Positions 45,255 to 57,103 are shown, numbered from the stretch's first letter. The stretch is 64,000 nucleotides of DNA from a virus (IMGVR_UViG_3300028048_000121:17751-81750), one strand, 5' to 3'. Made by a program: numbers and translations. The notes: generated from the sequence alone by a model not told the origin.

Positions 45255-46172
45255 TTAACCATTTCCTTTTGTAGAATTATAACCAAATTTATTACTTTGA
45301 TACATGTTTATCCAAAACTTTTCTTTTTCATTTAAATTTTCTTTTGGACATTCTTCTAATAATTCAAAACTAAAATTCCAAATTTTATCTCGTTGCATGG
45401 CATTATATAAAATATTTGTTGCAGAAGCTTCAATACCCAAACCGCATTTACAATGTTGTTTCCATCTATCACTAATATTAACGCTTTGTCCAATATAACA
45501 TTGTTCAGTTAATAAATTAGTAATTTTATAAATTCCACAAACTATTTTTTTACCTAAAATTCTATCACATAACTCTGTCATTTGTTTTTGAAAATATTGA
45601 GTCCATATAAGTTTACTTAAAACAACAGGTTTATGAAAAGAAGTTTTTAGATTTTCTAACATTTTTACATCAGATAAATCAGCATCATTTATAGATAATT
45701 TATAAAATCCTATTTTATCTTTCTTCTATTGTTCGCGGAGACGTGCCTATACACCTGCACTTAATGAAGCTTTTAATTTATTAATTTCATTTTGGATATT
45801 TTGTTTTTCAATTTCTGCATTTTTTTGAAAACATTGTACATCATATTTTATATCTTCAATTTGTTCTTGTGCAGATTGATTTGTTTTATTAATAGCCTAT
45901 TTTGCAAGCTATTGCTGACTTTCTAAATATGTCTCAATTTCTTTTTTTCGAGATTCTTGAAACTATAATAATTCTTTATTTAATTCTTTCTTTTGTTCAT
46001 TTTTAAAATTAAGTAAATTATATTTTTCTAACTGTAAATTATTAATTTCACGATTTAATATTTTTTTATACTATTCTTGTTGTTCATTTTTATTAATTTT
46101 AATTTGATTAGCTTTATAAAAAAGAATTATTCCACATATTAGAAAAATAAAAGCTAATATTAATGATGTCAT
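45255..46172 (-). CDS. Membrane-anchored coiled-coil protein with C-terminal GIY-YIG domain (TAG read-through)
   Basis: Hydrophobic N-terminus at 46172, heptad region with several TAG, CGIYKITN..CYIGQS. Confidence 0.7.
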
Positions 46173-46236
46173 TATTTTTCTCCTATATACAAAACAGGGA
46201 TTAGATATTTTATCTAACCCCTGTTATACAGCTAAA

Positions 46237-46524
46237 TTAGTCCTCTGCGTTAGGATCAAACGCACGACCAGCATCGGTGAGCTGAATGAACTTAATTGCC
46301 TTGTGGAGACCAGTTTCAGGGTCTTCAATCTCTGCAGGAACACGAACCATAAGCGGAACTTCATTCTTATCCTTATCCTTATGACGCTGGAAAGCAGAAG
46401 TTACAATACCATTAACTGTTCTTACACCAAGTCCAGTTGCATCTGCAATATCCTGAGCGGTAAAATCTTCTCCATCGTGTGCCTTAACAAAATCATAAAC
46501 AATCTTACTATTTTCTTTTAACAT
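46237..46524 (-). CDS. Small winged-helix DNA-binding protein
   Basis: FTAQDIADATGLGVRTVNG; high-expression codon use. Confidence 0.6.
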   Translation of the reverse strand: MLKENSKIVYDFVKAHDGEDFTAQDIADATGLGVRTVNGIVTSAFQRHKDKDKNEVPLMVRVPAEIEDPETGLHKAIKFIQLTDAGRAFDPNAED

Positions 46525-46612
46525 AAATTTTTTTCTCCTTGTATTTAAAATATTATATTCTTAAGATGAATTATTTTTTATCATCTACAATTATATTATA
46601 TAAAAAATTTTT

Positions 46613-48556
46613 TTAATTTTCAACATAATTCTTTATAAAGTCTAGTTCTGACATAATTGGTATATTGCGTTCTTTTGCTGCCTTATTTTTAGATGATGTG
46701 CTATTTACATCATTGTTGATAAGTATATCAGTTTTTGCAGAAATAGAATCAACAACCTTACCTCCATGATTTTCAATAATTGTTTTTAATTCAGCTCTAT
46801 TTTTAAAATTTGTAAGTTTTCCCGTAATAACTATAGTTTTTCCTGTAAGACTATTATTTATTTGATTTTTGTTTACAACTGGGGCTTCAATAAATAAAAG
46901 TTTAGAAATTCTATCAGCTTCCGCATAATTAAAATTTTTAATACTTTTATCCATCTCTTCACCAAAATTATCTAAATCATAAAAATGATAATTCTTATCA
47001 TTTACAGCATTACGAAAATCCTCATAAGTTTCAAAATAATTAGTTAAATCTTTTGCAACTGCCCGCCCAATAAGAGGAATTCCAATAGCAGAAATAAATG
47101 CATCTAAAGTTGTATGTTTACTTTCTTCTATTGCATTTAAGATTTTTGTAACTGATTTAATTCCGAAACCAGGTTTAAGAATAAAGTTTTCCCTGTACTT
47201 CGTCCCGATGTTATATAAATCCTCTATGTTTTCTATCCATCCCCATTCAATAAACTTTCCAAGAGTTGCTTTTGATAATCCTTTAATATCAAGCCCCTTT
47301 TTTCCGCAAAAGTGGTCAAGTCTATTAACTAATCGTGATTCGCATTGTTCATTGGTACAATATAACACCTCACTATCATTATCTTTTCTAATTTCTGTTA
47401 GATGTCCGCAGTATGGGCAAATCTTTGGAATTTGAATTCCTGGAATATGATTAGGGTTATTAGTTTGTGCGCTCTCAACTTGAGGAATTATTTGATTAGC
47501 TTTATAAATAAAAACTTTTTGACCAGGATATGCCCTGCCCATAAGTTGAGTCATAACCGTAATATTATGCAAACTTGCTCTATTACAAATTGCGCCATCA
47601 ATTTCAATATCATTATAAATTAAGACTGGAGTAAGCTGACCAGTTCTTCCCATTGTCCATTCAATATCTTTTACCTCTGTTTCATAAGTTTCATCATAAA
47701 ATTTATATGCTATTGCATTATTAAAATGATGTGCGGTATATCCTAATTCATTAGATATTTCTCGACTTTCAATTTTAAAAACAACTCCATCAATTGGATA
47801 AGATTTTTTATTTGATAATTCTTTTATTTCTGAAATATCATCTTCTGCTGTGGGATTATCTCCAGTCCATGGGACAACTGTAAAACCAAGTTTTTCTGCT
47901 TCAAGTAACCTATTATGAAGATAATCATTTTTAAAACCTTTAATAATATCCCAAACTACAAAAGTTAAATTTCTTGAAAAACATTCTTTTGAATCTAATA
48001 ATCTAATACTACCAGAAGCAAAATTTCTTGGATTTTTATATTTATCTTTAAATTTTTCAAAATTGGAATAAGTACAAATAATTTCTCCATCTACAATTAA
48101 TTCTTCAAGATAATTAATTTTTTTAGGAATTGAAGGAATAACTAAAGCATTATGAAGAATATCTTCACCAGTTTTTCCATCTCCGCGGGTTTCCGCAGAT
48201 ACCAATTCTCCATTTAAATATCTTAAAGAACAGGTTAATCCATCTAATTTTGCCATTGCAATAAAATCATAATTTTGCAAAAATTTATCAATATTTTTTA
48301 CATCTTTTGTTTTATCGAGAGATAACATTAAATGATTATGATTAACTTTTTTTAATTCAGAAACTTTTGTAAAATGGATTTTTTGAGTTGGTGAATTTGG
48401 AAAAATAATACCTGTTTCTTCTTCTCTTTTTTTTAATTTAAAATATAAATCATCCCATTCTTTATCAGACATAATAGGATGACCCGCATCATATTGTTCG
48501 GTAGCTTCATTTAATTTACGAATTAAGGCGGCGATTTCTAATTTATAACTACTCAT
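46613..48556 (-). CDS. ligA: NAD-dependent DNA ligase
   Basis: MLSLDK, KLDG, TRGDG, DGVVFK, Cys4 finger, BRCT. Confidence 0.93.
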   Translation of the reverse strand: MSSYKLEIAALIRKLNEATEQYDAGHPIMSDKEWDDLYFKLKKREEETGIIFPNSPTQKIHFTKVSELKKVNHNHLMLSLDKTKDVKNIDKFLQNYDFIAMAKLDGLTCSLRYLNGELVSAETRGDGKTGEDILHNALVIPSIPKKINYLEELIVDGEIICTYSNFEKFKDKYKNPRNFASGSIRLLDSKECFSRNLTFVVWDIIKGFKNDYLHNRLLEAEKLGFTVVPWTGDNPTAEDDISEIKELSNKKSYPIDGVVFKIESREISNELGYTAHHFNNAIAYKFYDETYETEVKDIEWTMGRTGQLTPVLIYNDIEIDGAICNRASLHNITVMTQLMGRAYPGQKVFIYKANQIIPQVESAQTNNPNHIPGIQIPKICPYCGHLTEIRKDNDSEVLYCTNEQCESRLVNRLDHFCGKKGLDIKGLSKATLGKFIEWGWIENIEDLYNIGTKYRENFILKPGFGIKSVTKILNAIEESKHTTLDAFISAIGIPLIGRAVAKDLTNYFETYEDFRNAVNDKNYHFYDLDNFGEEMDKSIKNFNYAEADRISKLLFIEAPVVNKNQINNSLTGKTIVITGKLTNFKNRAELKTIIENHGGKVVDSISAKTDILINNDVNSTSSKNKAAKERNIPIMSELDFIKNYVEN

Positions 48557-48640
48557 AAAATCATCTCCTATATATTTTTCTATATATATTATAATATATT
48601 TTTTTATAAAAAACAAGTGAAGGATATAAATATCCTTCAC

Positions 48641-50992
48641 TTAAAATTTTACAATAGAAGAAATATTAGATTTAACCATTATATTACCAAAACTTGTTCT
48701 TGTTAATAAAGGTAAATCTGTTGCGGCGATGCATATAGAACTAGGCTGACCAGTTAATAAAATTGTATCATTATCAGAAATAACTGTAGCTCCTGCAATA
48801 TTTCCATAGATTGCACTTGGTCGATAAATTACCAATCCTTTTCCGCCTCTACCTTGCAGAGTAAATTCTTTAATAGAAGTTTTTTTACCATATCCTTTTG
48901 TTGAAAATATGGCAATATTATCATCATCTGAATGAATTGGAAGTCCTACAACGACTTCATCATTCTCATCTAATTTAATGGTCTTCACGCCTGCCGCAAT
49001 TCTGCCAATAGGATTTACATTTTTACTTTCAAAATGAATTGACATTCCATTTTTAGTAATAACAAGAATATTCTCTTCATTAATGAATTCAACATTGGCA
49101 ATAGAATCACCTTCATTAATTTTAATTGCCGCAATTCCTGTACTACGTTTTACTTTTGTATATTCATCAAGAAATGTCTTTTTCATTAATCCTTGTTTTG
49201 TAAAGAATACTACATATTTTGCAGTGTTACTTCTAGCAAGAGAAGTGATAGCAATTACTTCATCGTCATGTTCCATATTAATTAAAGTTCCAACATGAAC
49301 ACCTTTTGATGCATTAGTTCCAATTGGTACTTCATCCACAATAATCTTAAACATTTTACCTTTTTTAGTAAATAAAAGTAAATTATCAATAGTGTTAGTA
49401 GATATTGTGGACATAATTACATCATCTTTAGTTTTTACACCCTTACCGTTCTTTCGTTGTACTTTAAAACTATTTTTAGGTATACGTTTAATGTCTCCAT
49501 TTTGAGAAAGAATTACAACGCAATCTTCTGGAACAACTTCCTCAATTATTTTTTCTTCTGGTTTAATTTCAATATGGGTTAATTCTGTGCGACGGGCATC
49601 TCCATATTTTTTAACTAAATCCGCAAGACGAGATTTAAGAATATCTTTTTGACGATTTTCATTTGCAAGAATATTCTTTAAATCTTCAATTTTATTTTCA
49701 AGTTCCTTTGCCTCTTGTTCTAATTCAACTTTTTCAAGTTTTGCAAGAGAAGAAAGTCTCATAGCTAAAATTGCTTTAGCTTGATTTTCTGTAAATTGAT
49801 ATTTTTTAATTAATGATTCTTTTGCGGCAGTTGCGTTTTCAGAGCCTTTAATCAGCGCTATGATATTGTCAATATCCTCGAGTGCCCGCAATAAACCATT
49901 AACAATTTCAAGTCTATCAATTGCTTTATCTAAATCAAATTTTGTTTCATTAATAATACATTTAATATTGTGATTTACATAAATATCTAAATAGTCTTTT
50001 AAAGTTAATAAAGCAGGGACTCCTTTGTCCGTTAGAGCATATTGATTAGCATTAAAAGATTTTTGCAAACTAGTTTTTGAATATAATTTTTTTAATATTG
50101 CAGCTGGATTTGAAGAACATTCAATTTCAATACAAATATTTTTACTACTTTTATTAATTACATCTTCAATTCCACTATTTTCTTCTTCTACTGCATATTT
50201 TTTAATTTCTTCAATTAAAGGTTCGACATATACTTGATATGGAATTTCTGTAATAATAATATAATTATTTTTAATTTCAGCTTTTCCTCTTAATATAGCT
50301 TTTCCTTTTCCTGTTTTGTATATAATTGGAAGTTCTTTTTTATTAATAATAATACCGCCACTTGGAAAAGATGGTGCAATATTATCATAATCTATCTCGC
50401 CTGTTGAGACATATTTATCAATAATATTAGCCATTTCTGTAAAAGAATGTGGTAGCCATACATTAGCAATTGTACTGCCAATTCCTTGACACCCATTTAC
50501 CATAAGTCTTGGAAAGATAGCTGGTAAAACGACGGGCCATTTATCATCATCAGAAAAATTTGGTTTCATTGGAACTGTATTTTTATTAATGTTGGCAAGC
50601 ATGCCTTCTTCAACAATTTTAGTAAGTCTTGCTTCTGTATATCTACTTGCTGCAGGCTCTCCACTAATTTGTACAGAACCATTTGCTCCATGCCAGTCAA
50701 TTTCAGGAATATTATTTATCCATTTTTGAGACATTCTTGCAAAAGTTTCATAGATGGCTGTATCCCCATGAGGCCACCAATTTGCGATTACCCCACCACT
50801 AATTTTGGCAGATTTTACATGAGGTTTGTTACTTTTATATCCTTTTTGATACATTTCCCAAATACAAGCTCTCTGGCCTGGTTTCAATCCATCTCTAGCA
50901 TCAGCAAAAGCTCTTTGATAATTTACCTCATGAGAAAAATCAAGAAAATTTTGTGATAATTCTTTTGTTAATTCAATAGTATTCATTTTCAT
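48641..50992 (-). CDS. gyrA: Type IIA topoisomerase subunit A (gyrase A-like)
   Basis: DGLKP, PHGD, AASRYTE, QRKNGKG beta-pinwheel repeats. Confidence 0.92.
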   Translation of the reverse strand: MKMNTIELTKELSQNFLDFSHEVNYQRAFADARDGLKPGQRACIWEMYQKGYKSNKPHVKSAKISGGVIANWWPHGDTAIYETFARMSQKWINNIPEIDWHGANGSVQISGEPAASRYTEARLTKIVEEGMLANINKNTVPMKPNFSDDDKWPVVLPAIFPRLMVNGCQGIGSTIANVWLPHSFTEMANIIDKYVSTGEIDYDNIAPSFPSGGIIINKKELPIIYKTGKGKAILRGKAEIKNNYIIITEIPYQVYVEPLIEEIKKYAVEEENSGIEDVINKSSKNICIEIECSSNPAAILKKLYSKTSLQKSFNANQYALTDKGVPALLTLKDYLDIYVNHNIKCIINETKFDLDKAIDRLEIVNGLLRALEDIDNIIALIKGSENATAAKESLIKKYQFTENQAKAILAMRLSSLAKLEKVELEQEAKELENKIEDLKNILANENRQKDILKSRLADLVKKYGDARRTELTHIEIKPEEKIIEEVVPEDCVVILSQNGDIKRIPKNSFKVQRKNGKGVKTKDDVIMSTISTNTIDNLLLFTKKGKMFKIIVDEVPIGTNASKGVHVGTLINMEHDDEVIAITSLARSNTAKYVVFFTKQGLMKKTFLDEYTKVKRSTGIAAIKINEGDSIANVEFINEENILVITKNGMSIHFESKNVNPIGRIAAGVKTIKLDENDEVVVGLPIHSDDDNIAIFSTKGYGKKTSIKEFTLQGRGGKGLVIYRPSAIYGNIAGATVISDNDTILLTGQPSSICIAATDLPLLTRTSFGNIMVKSNISSIVKF

Positions 50993-51698
50993 TCTCCTAT
51001 GTTAAAATAAAATTAGATGTTGTTAAAAGTAAATCTTCAATACATAGATTTTTATGATAACAAGGAATACGAATTAAAGGGATATTGTTTTTAAAGCAAA
51101 AATGGTTTTTTTCTAAATCTCGTTGATGTATATCACTTAACAATTCTCGATTTTCTCTTTGTTCAAAATGTTGTATTCCATCATATTCAATAATATATGA
51201 ATTATTTACATAAAAATCAAATCTATAATTTTTTAATAAAATTTTTTCTTGTTCAAATGAAATATTATTTTCTTTTAATAAAGCTGCAATCTTATTTTCT
51301 CCTGTTGATCTCAAACAACCACAACTTTTTGTATCTCCATTTAATAAATATTGAGCTTCTTTCTCACAAAAATTTCCACAATCACATCTGCATTTCCAAA
51401 AATATGTTCTTCCTTTTTTCTCCGATCTCTCTAATACAACTAATTTTCCAAAACGTTGACCTGTTAAATCTTTAAAGTATGGAGTTTTTATATTTTTTAA
51501 ATTTTTTAAAGAAGAACATTTTTTACACATCGTAATTGGATTAGGCTAATTTAAATGACTTCCTCTTACCTGCCAAAGATCATGACAAATAGGACATTCA
51601 CAATTCCACATGGCTTCTCTATTTTTATTTCCTGCATAAGAAATAATTTTAACTCCAGAAGATGTTATTGTATTGGATCTATCTTTAATCCGACTCAT
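50973..51698 (-). CDS. Free-standing endonuclease between gyrB and gyrA (TAG read-through)
   Basis: DLTGQRFGKL..WKCRCDCG..TKSCGC, RFDFYVN..IEYDGIQHF; ATG overlaps the gyrB end. Confidence 0.75.
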
Positions 51699-53592
51699 TT
51701 GCCTCTCCTTCGTGCTGTAACAAAAATCTCCTTCTTGGAGGAACTGAAGTTCCTAAAAGGATCTCTATCATTTGCTTTGCTTCATTTTCATTATTTACAA
51801 TAATTTTTGCTATATTTCTTGTATTAGGATTAACAAGAGCATCCGCAAGTTCTTCGCTATCTTGTTCACCCAAACCTTTATTTCTATTAATTAAAAATTT
51901 TTCATTTTTATGTTTATCTTTATATTCATTTAATTCATTTTCGTCTTTTAAATAAATATATTCATTTTTCTTTGTGGTAATTCTAAAAAGTGGTGGCATG
52001 GTTGTATATATATGTCCATTAAGAATTAATTCTGGGCATAACCACCAAAACATTTCGATAAGAAGATTTCTAATACTAGCCCCATCTGGATCTGCATCTG
52101 CACATAACAATATTTTTCCATATCGAAGTTTTTTAACATCATAAATTAATTTATTTGTTTTTGTATCTAAATCTAATCCTATTGCTTTAATAAGATTAAT
52201 AACCTCTTGATTAGCAAAAATTTTTTCTGAAGAATTTTTATACGCAGCAATAATTTTTCCTCTAATTGGAAAAATAGCATTAATTTCAGAATTTCTACAT
52301 TCTATAAGCCCACTTGCCGCAGAATCGCCTTCTGCAATCATCAGCTCACAGTTTAATCTATCTTTTCCCCAACAATCAACTAATTTAGTTGGAAGATTTA
52401 AAAGTTTTTGTTTTTTATTTTTTCCAACTTTTCTGGCTGCATCTCTTGCTTTCTTTGCGGCATCTCGCGCTTTACGTGCGGCAGCCGCTTTTTCAAAAAT
52501 TACTTTAATATCTTTTTCATTTTTATTAAACCAATCATATAAATTATTAACAATAGATGTTGTAAATGGTGACATGTCAATTTTTACAATACGTGATTTG
52601 GTTTGTGCATCATATGACACTCCAGGAGCAGTTAAGTTAAAAGCAATAAACATTCCTTCTTGAATATCATCACCACTTAAATTTTCATCTTTATCTTTTA
52701 ACCATTTCTTTTCTTTAAAAAATTTATTAAATTCTCTGGTTAAAATAGTTTTTATCTGAGTAATATGTGGTCCAGCATCTGTGCTGCCGGTGTTAACATA
52801 TGCGATCATATTTAATGAATATTTTGATGTATAAGTAATAACCATATCAAGTTTATTCTTACCTGCATCAAAATTCATATTCATACGAGAATTAATGATT
52901 TCTGAATCGCCAACTGCATCATCTACTAAATCATTTAATCCATGTTTAGATGTAAAAATTTCTTCTTTATCATCTATCGTTAATTTAATAGTTAATCCTA
53001 CACATAAGCAAGTCAAAATATGAAATAGTTCTTTTACTTTATTTATATCAACTTCTGGATGTGTAAAAAATTCTTCTGAAGGCTGCCATCTTACATAAGT
53101 TCCATTTGGTTCTTTTGATTTACTGACTGATCTATTGACAAAAATTCCTTCTTCAAAAAAGATACATTCAGTTTGTCCATCTCTCCACGTTTCAACTTCC
53201 ATTTTATGTGAAAGGAAATTCGTAAGTTTAGAACCAATACCATTTAAGCCAAGAGCTGTTCCTTCATATACTCCATCATCTGAAAATTTACCTGAAGTAT
53301 TTAATGTATCAAAAGAAGCTTGAAGGATAGTTTTTCCATCATCTCTCATAGAATTAACAAGAAAACCTTGAGCATAATCTCGTACCATATAAGAGTTTTC
53401 TTTTGTATCTATTTTTACTTCAATTAAATTTCCATGTCCTGCTTTAAATTCATCAATAGCATTAGAAATTATTTCGATTAAAAGCTGTGTAGAATATTCT
53501 GTAGAACCACAATAAACTCCTGGGCGGAGACGTGTAAACTCACGAGGGTCTAATGATTGTATACTATCTTCCGTATATAATTTATTATTCAT
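51685..53592 (-). CDS. gyrB: Type IIA topoisomerase subunit B (gyrase B-like)
   Basis: EIISNAIDE, GLNGIG, AEGDSA, PIRGK, DADPDG, KGLGE. Confidence 0.93.
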   Translation of the reverse strand: MNNKLYTEDSIQSLDPREFTRLRPGVYCGSTEYSTQLLIEIISNAIDEFKAGHGNLIEVKIDTKENSYMVRDYAQGFLVNSMRDDGKTILQASFDTLNTSGKFSDDGVYEGTALGLNGIGSKLTNFLSHKMEVETWRDGQTECIFFEEGIFVNRSVSKSKEPNGTYVRWQPSEEFFTHPEVDINKVKELFHILTCLCVGLTIKLTIDDKEEIFTSKHGLNDLVDDAVGDSEIINSRMNMNFDAGKNKLDMVITYTSKYSLNMIAYVNTGSTDAGPHITQIKTILTREFNKFFKEKKWLKDKDENLSGDDIQEGMFIAFNLTAPGVSYDAQTKSRIVKIDMSPFTTSIVNNLYDWFNKNEKDIKVIFEKAAAARKARDAAKKARDAARKVGKNKKQKLLNLPTKLVDCWGKDRLNCELMIAEGDSAASGLIECRNSEINAIFPIRGKIIAAYKNSSEKIFANQEVINLIKAIGLDLDTKTNKLIYDVKKLRYGKILLCADADPDGASIRNLLIEMFWWLCPELILNGHIYTTMPPLFRITTKKNEYIYLKDENELNEYKDKHKNEKFLINRNKGLGEQDSEELADALVNPNTRNIAKIIVNNENEAKQMIEILLGTSVPPRRRFLLQHEGEANESD

Positions 53593-53704
53593 TTATTTTA
53601 CCTCTTTTTTATTATATACATATATTATATCATAAATTATTAAAAAAATCAAAAAGATTAAGAAGAAAGTCTCTTCTTAATCTTTTCTAAAATTTTAATG
53701 ATTT

Positions 53705-54988
53705 TTAAATTTCAAATTCATAATCTTTTTCTGGTAAGACTGCATTAAGCACAACTCCAAGAATTGCCGCAATAGCTAAACCAGTTAATGTAATTGTTGC
53801 GGAACCAATATTAAATGTAACTCCGCCAACAGAACTGAATCCCAATCCACTTACAAACATTGTTGCAATAACAATTAAATTGCGGGACTTAGTTAAATCA
53901 ACATTATTCTCAACCATATTTCTAACACCAACAGCAGAAATCATACCATAAAGAATAAAACTAATTCCTCCTATAATGGCGGTTGGGATAGAATTAATCA
54001 ATGCCGCGAATTTTGGAGAGAAAGATAAAATAATTGCAAAATATGCTGCTAATCTTACTACTCTTGGGTCATATACTTTTGATAATGCTAATACGCCAGT
54101 ATTTTCTCCATATGTTGTGTTTGCGGGTCCGCCGAATAATCCAGCAAATGAAGTCGCAAGACCATCACCAATTAATGTTCTATGAAGTCCGGGGTCTGAA
54201 ATGAAGTTTCTTTTTGTTGTAGAAGAAATTGCTGAAATATCACCAATATGTTCCATCATTGATGCAATTGCTATTGGAGCCATAATAATAATTGAAGTAA
54301 AATCAAATTTTGCAATTGTAAATTTTTGTATTCCAATAATACTTGTATTTTGTACTGTACTAAAATCGACTAATCCTAAACATAAAGCAGCAAAATAACT
54401 TATTGCTATACCAAGTAAGATAGGAACAATTTTAATCATTCCTTTGCCCCAAATATTAGCTATAACAATTACTACAATAGCAAGAATTGCTAATCCCCAG
54501 TTGGTTGATGCATTTGAAACTGCGCTTCCAGCAAGATTTAATCCAATCATAATAATCATTGGACCAGTAACAGTAGGTGGAAAATATTTCATTACTTTTT
54601 TAGTTCCAAGAGTTTTAAACAATAGGGCTAGAACTAAGTAAAGTAAACCAGCAATTACTATACCACCAAGTGCATGTGCAAGTTTATCATCTGGAGTCAT
54701 TGTTGCATATTTACCTGTATTTAATGCGGAAACCGCTTGAAATCCTCCAAGATATGCGAATGAGGAACCTAAAAATGCTGGTATCTAAAATTTAGTACAT
54801 ACATGAAAAAGCAAAGTTCCTAAACCCGCAAATAATAGAGTTGTTTGGATACTTAATGGTAATCCATAACTTTGAACTAAAATAGGAACTAATACTGTTG
54901 CTCCAAACATTGCAAATAAATGTTGAAAACCTAAAGTTAACATTTTTGGAGTCCCAAGCTATCTAGCATCATAAATTTCTTTTTCCAA
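53705..54988 (-). CDS. NCS2-family uracil/xanthine permease (2 TAG near the N-terminus)
   Basis: [35 protein letters not shown] signature; about 427 aa with many TM helices. Confidence 0.88.
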
Positions 54989-55034
54989 TTTTAATTTCTC
55001 CTTTTTCTTTTTATTATACCAAAAAATTTTAAAT

Positions 55035-55535
55035 TTAGCAAGTTATAACAATATGATTCTTTAGTATAATATCAGAAAATTTAGATTTGTTCATAGTAGC
55101 AAGTGCATCTGCAAGTTCATTACCTATCATACCTTTATGACCATCAACTTTAATTATATATATTTGATTTATGAAAAAATTTATATTATAATATTCATAT
55201 AAAGATAAAATTATATCTAAATTTTTTATTGTTTCATTTTTACTATTTTTCCAATTGTTTTTACTCCAAGAATAAATCCAAGAATTGAGGATATTAACAC
55301 AATATGCAGAATCAGAATAAATAGTTGCTTGTTGATTTTTATATTTGGTATTTAATAATTCAAATGTTTTTAGAAATGCTTTTAATTCCATTTGATTATT
55401 TGTTACATTGTGAAAATTTTCACAATAAGCATCAATTAAATGATTATCATTATCAAAAATTACAATACCAAAACCACCCTATGAATTCTATTTACCATTA
55501 CCGCGACAAGAACCATCTATATAAATATATAACAT
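55035..55535 (-). CDS. rnhA: Ribonuclease HI (2 TAG)
   Basis: IYIDGSCRGN, TNNQMEL, YSDSAY, KNLD, VDGH..GNELADALA. Confidence 0.88.
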
Positions 55536-55609
55536 ATAATAAACTCCTATTTCATTTTATTATAAATTATATCATAAATATTTTTATTTTGCAAATAGAG
55601 ACAAAAAAA

Positions 55610-55646
55610 TAGGTAATTTAATAGCTTTAGCTATTAAATTACCTAT
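55610..55646 (-). terminator. Terminator after the lysin
   Basis: TAGGTAATTTAATAGC / GCTATTAAATTACCTA perfect inverted repeat. Confidence 0.7.
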
Positions 55647-55654
55647 ACAAAAAA

Positions 55655-57091
55655 TTATCTTAAATATTTTTTAGAGCAGAATCCAGTATATTTACCATAT
55701 ACAACATAATACCAATCTCCAGTATAATAGCCATAACAGGTAACTTTACTACCATCTGGCATAACTGTGATAATTGGTTTAGATAAACTTGCCCCTGACC
55801 GCAATCTTAAGTTTGCTGTTGTAGTATATGTTTTTGCAATATTTTTATTAAAAGATTGAGCATAATCAACTTTTATTGTAGATGGAACAGTAGGTGGATT
55901 TACTGTTGTAGGAATATTTCCAACAGTAAATGTTTCTTTTTGCTATTGCTTTGTTCCATATTTAGGTTTTGCATAACCGCGAATACATCCATACCCAATT
56001 GGAATAGTTCTACGACCAACTTTTCCACCATTCATGTTACCTTCAATAACAGTTATATTATTACCAGATACAGATTCAACCATTCCAATATGGTCTGCAT
56101 ATCCATTATTCGGTTGAGTTGTATCATCCCAGTTATAAGTAATTAAATATCCTTTTTCTGGAACTATTGTACCATCTTCTTCCCAGATACCAGCTTTTTT
56201 AAATAATGCGATATGATTTTCAACACCACATTCAGTTCCACCAATTAAATCTACTGCATTTAATTTAATGAAAATTGCACTAATAGTAGTGTCACAATAA
56301 GCATCCTTATAAGTTACTTTATAGCCTCTTGCTCTTGGTGTATAATTATTATAAGTATCAATAATTACTTTATGAGTACCTTCAGAACGAGATAAACCAA
56401 TCCATGATCTAAAAATATTTAAAGCATCATCTGCGGTAACAGTATTATCATTTTTATTATCCACGATTACAGCTGGCTATGGTTGAGCTATTATATTATT
56501 TAACATTGTTTCGTCAAATAAATAATTCATATCAACATATCCATTAATGCCATTAATTCTTCCTGTTGATGTATATTGTTGCATAGCGCATGGATAATCG
56601 GGGGCACCCGCATAATCTGCTAACCAAATAGGATATTCTGAAAGTTGGTTCCAATTATAATAGTTCTTATAATAATCTGTATTAGTATAAATAAATAATT
56701 TTGTACACCCAAGAGATTTTAATGTATCTAAATACTATTTTGTATATGCTGTACATTTTTCTCTTGTGCAAATTTCTTTATTTTTCTTCCAAGTGTCATA
56801 TTCAAGATCTACGGCAATCCATGTATTTATTGGATTTAAACCAGCTTTTTTAATATTATCAAATGTTGCTTGAGCATTTTCTTTAATAGTTGCTCCATTG
56901 GTATAAACAAAATGATATACCATAATTGGAATATTATTATTTTGACATTCTTTTACATATTCAATAAATTTTGCGTCTATTGCTTTTCTATAACCCTATC
57001 TAAGAACAATAAAATCTACTTCTTTACTATTTTTTACTTTTTTAAAATCTATATTTCCTTGATGATAGGAAATATCAATACCTTTTAACAT
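55655..57091 (-). CDS. Endolysin: GH25 muramidase + CHAP + SH3b (4 TAG)
   Basis: GIDISYHQG, DLEYD, QQYTSTGRI.GI.GYVDMN; YCD..S, DHIGMV, IEGN; NLRLRSGAS...WYYV. Confidence 0.88.
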
Positions 57092-57103
57092 ACTAAACCT
57101 CCT

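Noticed and set aside
50973-51698. Intron between gyrB and gyrA
   Set aside because: Both gyrase genes are complete and no group I core pairings are visible; it is a free-standing endonuclease gene.
55943-56464. Separate CHAP amidase gene starting at GTG 56464
   Set aside because: No SD upstream; in frame with the GH25 and SH3b parts via TAG read-through.
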